DNA from: an uncultured Thermoplasmata archaeon
GTDB lineage: Archaea; Thermoplasmatota; Thermoplasmata; UBA10834
Direction: 5' to 3'
Assembly (NCBI GenBank): GCA_963719945.1
Contig: CAVRDX010000001.1
Location: 160,001-224,000, forward strand
DNA length: 64,000 nt
Of the stretch, positions 61,132-64,000 are shown in pieces (position 1 is the stretch's first letter; the number at the start of each line of letters is the position of its first letter). The position numbers and the translations under genes were made by a program. The notes under the pieces were generated by a model. That model saw only the letters and a list, made by a program, of their open reading frames with translations, ran no database searches and was not told where the DNA came from.

Positions 61132-61191
61132 CTAGGCTAGGATAAGCAGCCCCAAGGGCAGAATAAGCTGAATCTTATTCTCTTGTGCCAT
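61132..61191 (-). CDS. Putative Leu/Ile-rich leader (attenuator) peptide MAQENKIQLILPLGLLILA
   Basis: GGAGG at 61202-61198, ATG at 61191, TAG ending at 61132; 6 Leu and 3 Ile in the last 13 codons; stop is 35 nt before the leuA ATG. Confidence 0.7.
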   Translation of the reverse strand: MAQENKIQLILPLGLLILA

Positions 61192-61260
61192 TCCTTGCCT
61201 CCATGTCATAGTGGGGTCACACCCTTCTTGGGCATGACAATCATCTGCATGGTCTCGATT

Positions 61261-61274
61261 GATATAAACTTTTG
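61261..61274 (-). promoter_or_regulatory. BRE/TATA promoter of the leu operon
   Basis: Minus strand CAAAAG-TTTATATC, about 70 nt upstream of the leader ATG. Confidence 0.6.
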
Positions 61275-61399
61275 CTGGCTCAATGCTGGCCAATCATGTT
61301 CGGTTGCTGGACACATCTGTACAATGCATGGCTGGCCATACGCATCCTACTTTGGAAGGATAGAAATATGATGTGATTTGTACGAGGCTGGTGGTATTC

Positions 61400-62221
61400 G
61401 TGAAGGATAAGGTCGTCGCATTCCAGGGTGAACAGGGAGCCTATTCCGAAGACGCCTGTGTCAAGTACTTCGGAGCCGATGTCACCGCTAGACCCTATCC
61501 AGATTTTCAATCCGTCTTCGAGGCGGTCGAACGGGATGAGGTCACACATGCGGTCGTTCCTGTCGAGAACTCGATAGAAGGGAGCGTCACGCAGGTCAAC
61601 GACCTCCTGCTGGACCACGACTTGGGGATATCCGGTGAGGTGATAGTCCCTGTCAAGCATTGCCTCATGGTTGCCAAGGGAGCTTCTGAGGAAACAATCC
61701 GAGAAGTACTCAGTCATCCACAGGCTCTGGGACAATGCAGAAAATTCCTTCAAAGGCATAATGCTTGGCGGACGATAGCATCCTACGATACCGCCGGCAG
61801 CGCGAAGATCGTTGCCGAATCAAAGCGTCTGGACCTTGCAGCGATCGCCAGCAAGAGGGCCGCGTCGCTATACGGTCTGGAGATCCTCAGGGAGGACATC
61901 CAGAACGAGGATACCAATGTCACGAGGTTCTTTGTGATGGAGAAGAACCCAGGTACGGTCGAGAGCGCCGACAAGACTTCGATAGTCTTCGCCACGAAGA
62001 ACGCTCCAGGCGCGTTGTACAAATGCCTCGGAGAGTTCGCTTCCAGAGGGGTCAATCTATCCAAGTTGGAGTCCAGACCGAGGAGGAACAAGCCTTGGGT
62101 GTACGTTTTCTTCGCAGACATCGAGGGCGGAGTGGAGGATCCAGACTGCCACGCTGCCATAGGTGGGCTGCTCAAGACCGGTGCATTTGTTAAAGTCCTC
62201 GGCTCGTACAAGAAAGCCTGA
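61400..62221 (+). CDS. pheA: Prephenate dehydratase with ACT domain
   Basis: FQGEQGAYSE, PVENSIEG, SHPQALGQC, N.TRF, NLSKLESRP; GTG start at 61400. Confidence 0.95.
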   Translation: MKDKVVAFQGEQGAYSEDACVKYFGADVTARPYPDFQSVFEAVERDEVTHAVVPVENSIEGSVTQVNDLLLDHDLGISGEVIVPVKHCLMVAKGASEETIREVLSHPQALGQCRKFLQRHNAWRTIASYDTAGSAKIVAESKRLDLAAIASKRAASLYGLEILREDIQNEDTNVTRFFVMEKNPGTVESADKTSIVFATKNAPGALYKCLGEFASRGVNLSKLESRPRRNKPWVYVFFADIEGGVEDPDCHAAIGGLLKTGAFVKVLGSYKKA

Positions 62222-62302
62222 CATCTGCTTTCGAATGTGATAAAACAAGAAAATGGGTTTTTCAAAGGGTTTCTCGAAGACAGCCTATTTCACGTGAGTC
62301 AC

Positions 62303-63523
62303 TCACTTATCTAGGCCCCATGTCCGCCCTTCCCAGCTGGAGAATGACAGGACGAATTCGTACCAGCCCGAGTCCTGTGCGAATGGTACGTCCACATAGT
62401 CGTCTTTGATGCTGTGCATACCGTCGTTCGTGGACGGGGCATAGATGGCAATGCCATAGGACTTGTAGTTATGGATGCTGTTGTAGATTGCGAACACACC
62501 GCCTTCAACGGCATCTATGACTCTCTCAGCTGCATCCTTCAACTCATCGTTGTCGATGTAGTCATCCGCGAGCAAGTTCTTGGCGAACCCCTTAAGATCG
62601 ACGTTGTATGGGTAATAGTACTCCTGTGCACAGATCAAGTCCTGCTGGATATTGTTCATGTATGCTCTGAGAGACTCAAGCAATTCTGCTCCCAGGTCTT
62701 CTACTGCATCGAAGAGGTCGTCCATGTACTCCATGTCCCAGGCACTCATCGTCCAGTCGACATATCCTGACGTGGATGAGTAGTATTCTCCATAGTCTTT
62801 GACGATGACTTTTGATAGTTCTTTCCCGTCCATATCGGCATCTGCAACAAGGTCCCTGGCGATGGCGTCATATGGGAAGCCAGCTCCGGGCACTGTCTCC
62901 TCGCTGAAGACCACGTAATCTGCGCAGTCCATGACCTGATATGCGACTTCGGGCATGGCCATCAGGCACAGGTCGAAGCCAACCACATCGAGCACGATGC
63001 CAGTTTCTTCCTTGGCGCCCATGAGGGCGTCTCTCAACTCGACCATCGTGATGCATTCATCATTTCCAGTCAATGCTTCAGTGGTATCGTCCCAGCACAA
63101 TCCGCGCCATCCGCCACCGTGATCCCAGAGTATGAGTGCGTACCTGTCAGCTGGGTAGTCTGTGCAGGTGTTCACGATGAACTCCTCGAGGACCGCCGGG
63201 TCTGACATGTCGACTTCCTTCGGGTATCCGTATTCATCGCCGATTGAATAATCAGAATCTCCCTCATTCACATACAGAAGGTTCGCATCTCCGCTTAGTG
63301 GGTCCATGAGAACCACAAAGTTGACATTCTCATCGGAACCAACGGTCTCTAGCCATTCAATGTTCAAATCGCCGAATGTCTCCAGGCTGTTGTCGGCGTC
63401 AAGATAGACCATGAAGGTCCATTCTGCGCCTTCATCTCCGGCCGACATCGTGGCTGGGACAACCATCACCGCTAGCATAGCGACTGCCGCTAGCGCGACA
63501 AGTCTTCTACTCAATTCCCTCAC
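62303..63523 (-). CDS. Secreted clostripain-family protease, copy 4
   Basis: Signal peptide, WTFMVYLDADNSLE, LWDHGGGW, FDLCLM, GIAIY. Confidence 0.9.
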   Translation of the reverse strand: MRELSRRLVALAAVAMLAVMVVPATMSAGDEGAEWTFMVYLDADNSLETFGDLNIEWLETVGSDENVNFVVLMDPLSGDANLLYVNEGDSDYSIGDEYGYPKEVDMSDPAVLEEFIVNTCTDYPADRYALILWDHGGGWRGLCWDDTTEALTGNDECITMVELRDALMGAKEETGIVLDVVGFDLCLMAMPEVAYQVMDCADYVVFSEETVPGAGFPYDAIARDLVADADMDGKELSKVIVKDYGEYYSSTSGYVDWTMSAWDMEYMDDLFDAVEDLGAELLESLRAYMNNIQQDLICAQEYYYPYNVDLKGFAKNLLADDYIDNDELKDAAERVIDAVEGGVFAIYNSIHNYKSYGIAIYAPSTNDGMHSIKDDYVDVPFAQDSGWYEFVLSFSSWEGRTWGLDK

Positions 63524-63685
63524 TGTTCTCTTCCCCCGTAGTATATTTAAAGAGGCTTATTTATCGACGGAACCTCAAGAGGTCCGAAGAGTCGTACTGA
63601 CTATGCCCGATAAAATCGTCGAGCTATAAATCTCTTCTCAGCGTCCGATTCTTTAAAAATGTATTGTTTTGTACGCGCAGGACCT

Positions 63686-64000
63686 TCACGATGAAGTTAC
63701 CTTGGACTGCTTCTTGAGCTCCTCGACGCCATCTTCTCCCTTGACTACCCTTCGATCCCTCTCGATCATGGCTAGCTCCTTATCATCGAATGCCCTGGGG
63801 TTCAATGCAATCATCATCCTGGCTTTGGATATCCAAGTCGTCTCGTTGAGGGAGTCCAGGTACTTGAGCACCTTCTTGAACTCGTTGAATGTCATCAGAT
63901 ACTCAATCCCTTCGAGGAGTATGATGCTGTTCGGATTGCTCTCCATGAACCTGATAAGTGTATCCGTGAGCACCGCCAGGCTCGTGGGGGCAATCCTCCG
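63686..64000 (-). CDS. DUF835 domain protein (5' part outside the window)
   Basis: PT.LA.L....IRFM......ILLEGIEYLM..NEF..V.K.L..L. Confidence 0.8.
   Translation of the reverse strand, partial: RRIAPTSLAVLTDTLIRFMESNPNSIILLEGIEYLMTFNEFKKVLKYLDSLNETTWISKARMMIALNPRAFDDKELAMIERDRRVVKGEDGVEELKKQSKVTSS

Noticed and set aside
61175-61250. Other tiny uORFs in the leu leader (MQMIVMPKKGVTPL, MEARNGTRE)
   Set aside because: No SD and no control-codon cluster; they could at most be accessory to the main leader.
63560-63575. GACGGAACC resembling the tnpB right end
   Set aside because: Short match without the accompanying hairpins; likely chance.
1-64000. tRNA, rRNA, CRISPR array, integrase or prophage
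   Set aside because: None recognised by eye; tRNAscan-SE or Infernal would be needed to exclude small RNAs.

Overview
Archaeal chromosomal segment, GC roughly 53% by eye. It is most consistent with Thermoplasmata related to Methanomassiliicoccales: archaeal uL16, Rpp21, Dph2, archaeal-type ThrRS, Tes/GGR lipid genes, MtxX, DUF835 and TrmB regulators. Housekeeping content includes serS, thrS, rpl10e, rnp4/yhbY, dph2-mtxX, queDCE, a leuA-C-D-B operon and pheA. A tes-ferredoxin-GGR operon sits next to a polyprenyl-phosphate-sugar glycosylation module. There are also transporters (MMPL, ABC-2, DASS, two CPA2, CorA-like, EamA), an orphan PAS/PocR histidine kinase, four secreted clostripain-family proteases, a ~1480-aa pilin-signal/lamin-tail surface protein and a solo tnpB. 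No rRNA, tRNA or CRISPR array was seen. The best leads are: (1) an unannotated 19-aa Leu/Ile-rich leader peptide with its own SD, hairpins and a T6 tract in front of the leu operon, resembling ribosome-mediated attenuation in an archaeon, with a possible aromatic-rich uORF before the divergent pheA; (2) a tnpB with a RuvC-III D-to-H change whose predicted omega-RNA guide seed exactly matches the intergenic region upstream of itself and of the divergent peptidase, a possible RNA-guided regulator; (3) a dispersed clostripain family sharing an upstream motif. All calls are from motif recognition only; no database searches or folding programs were run.
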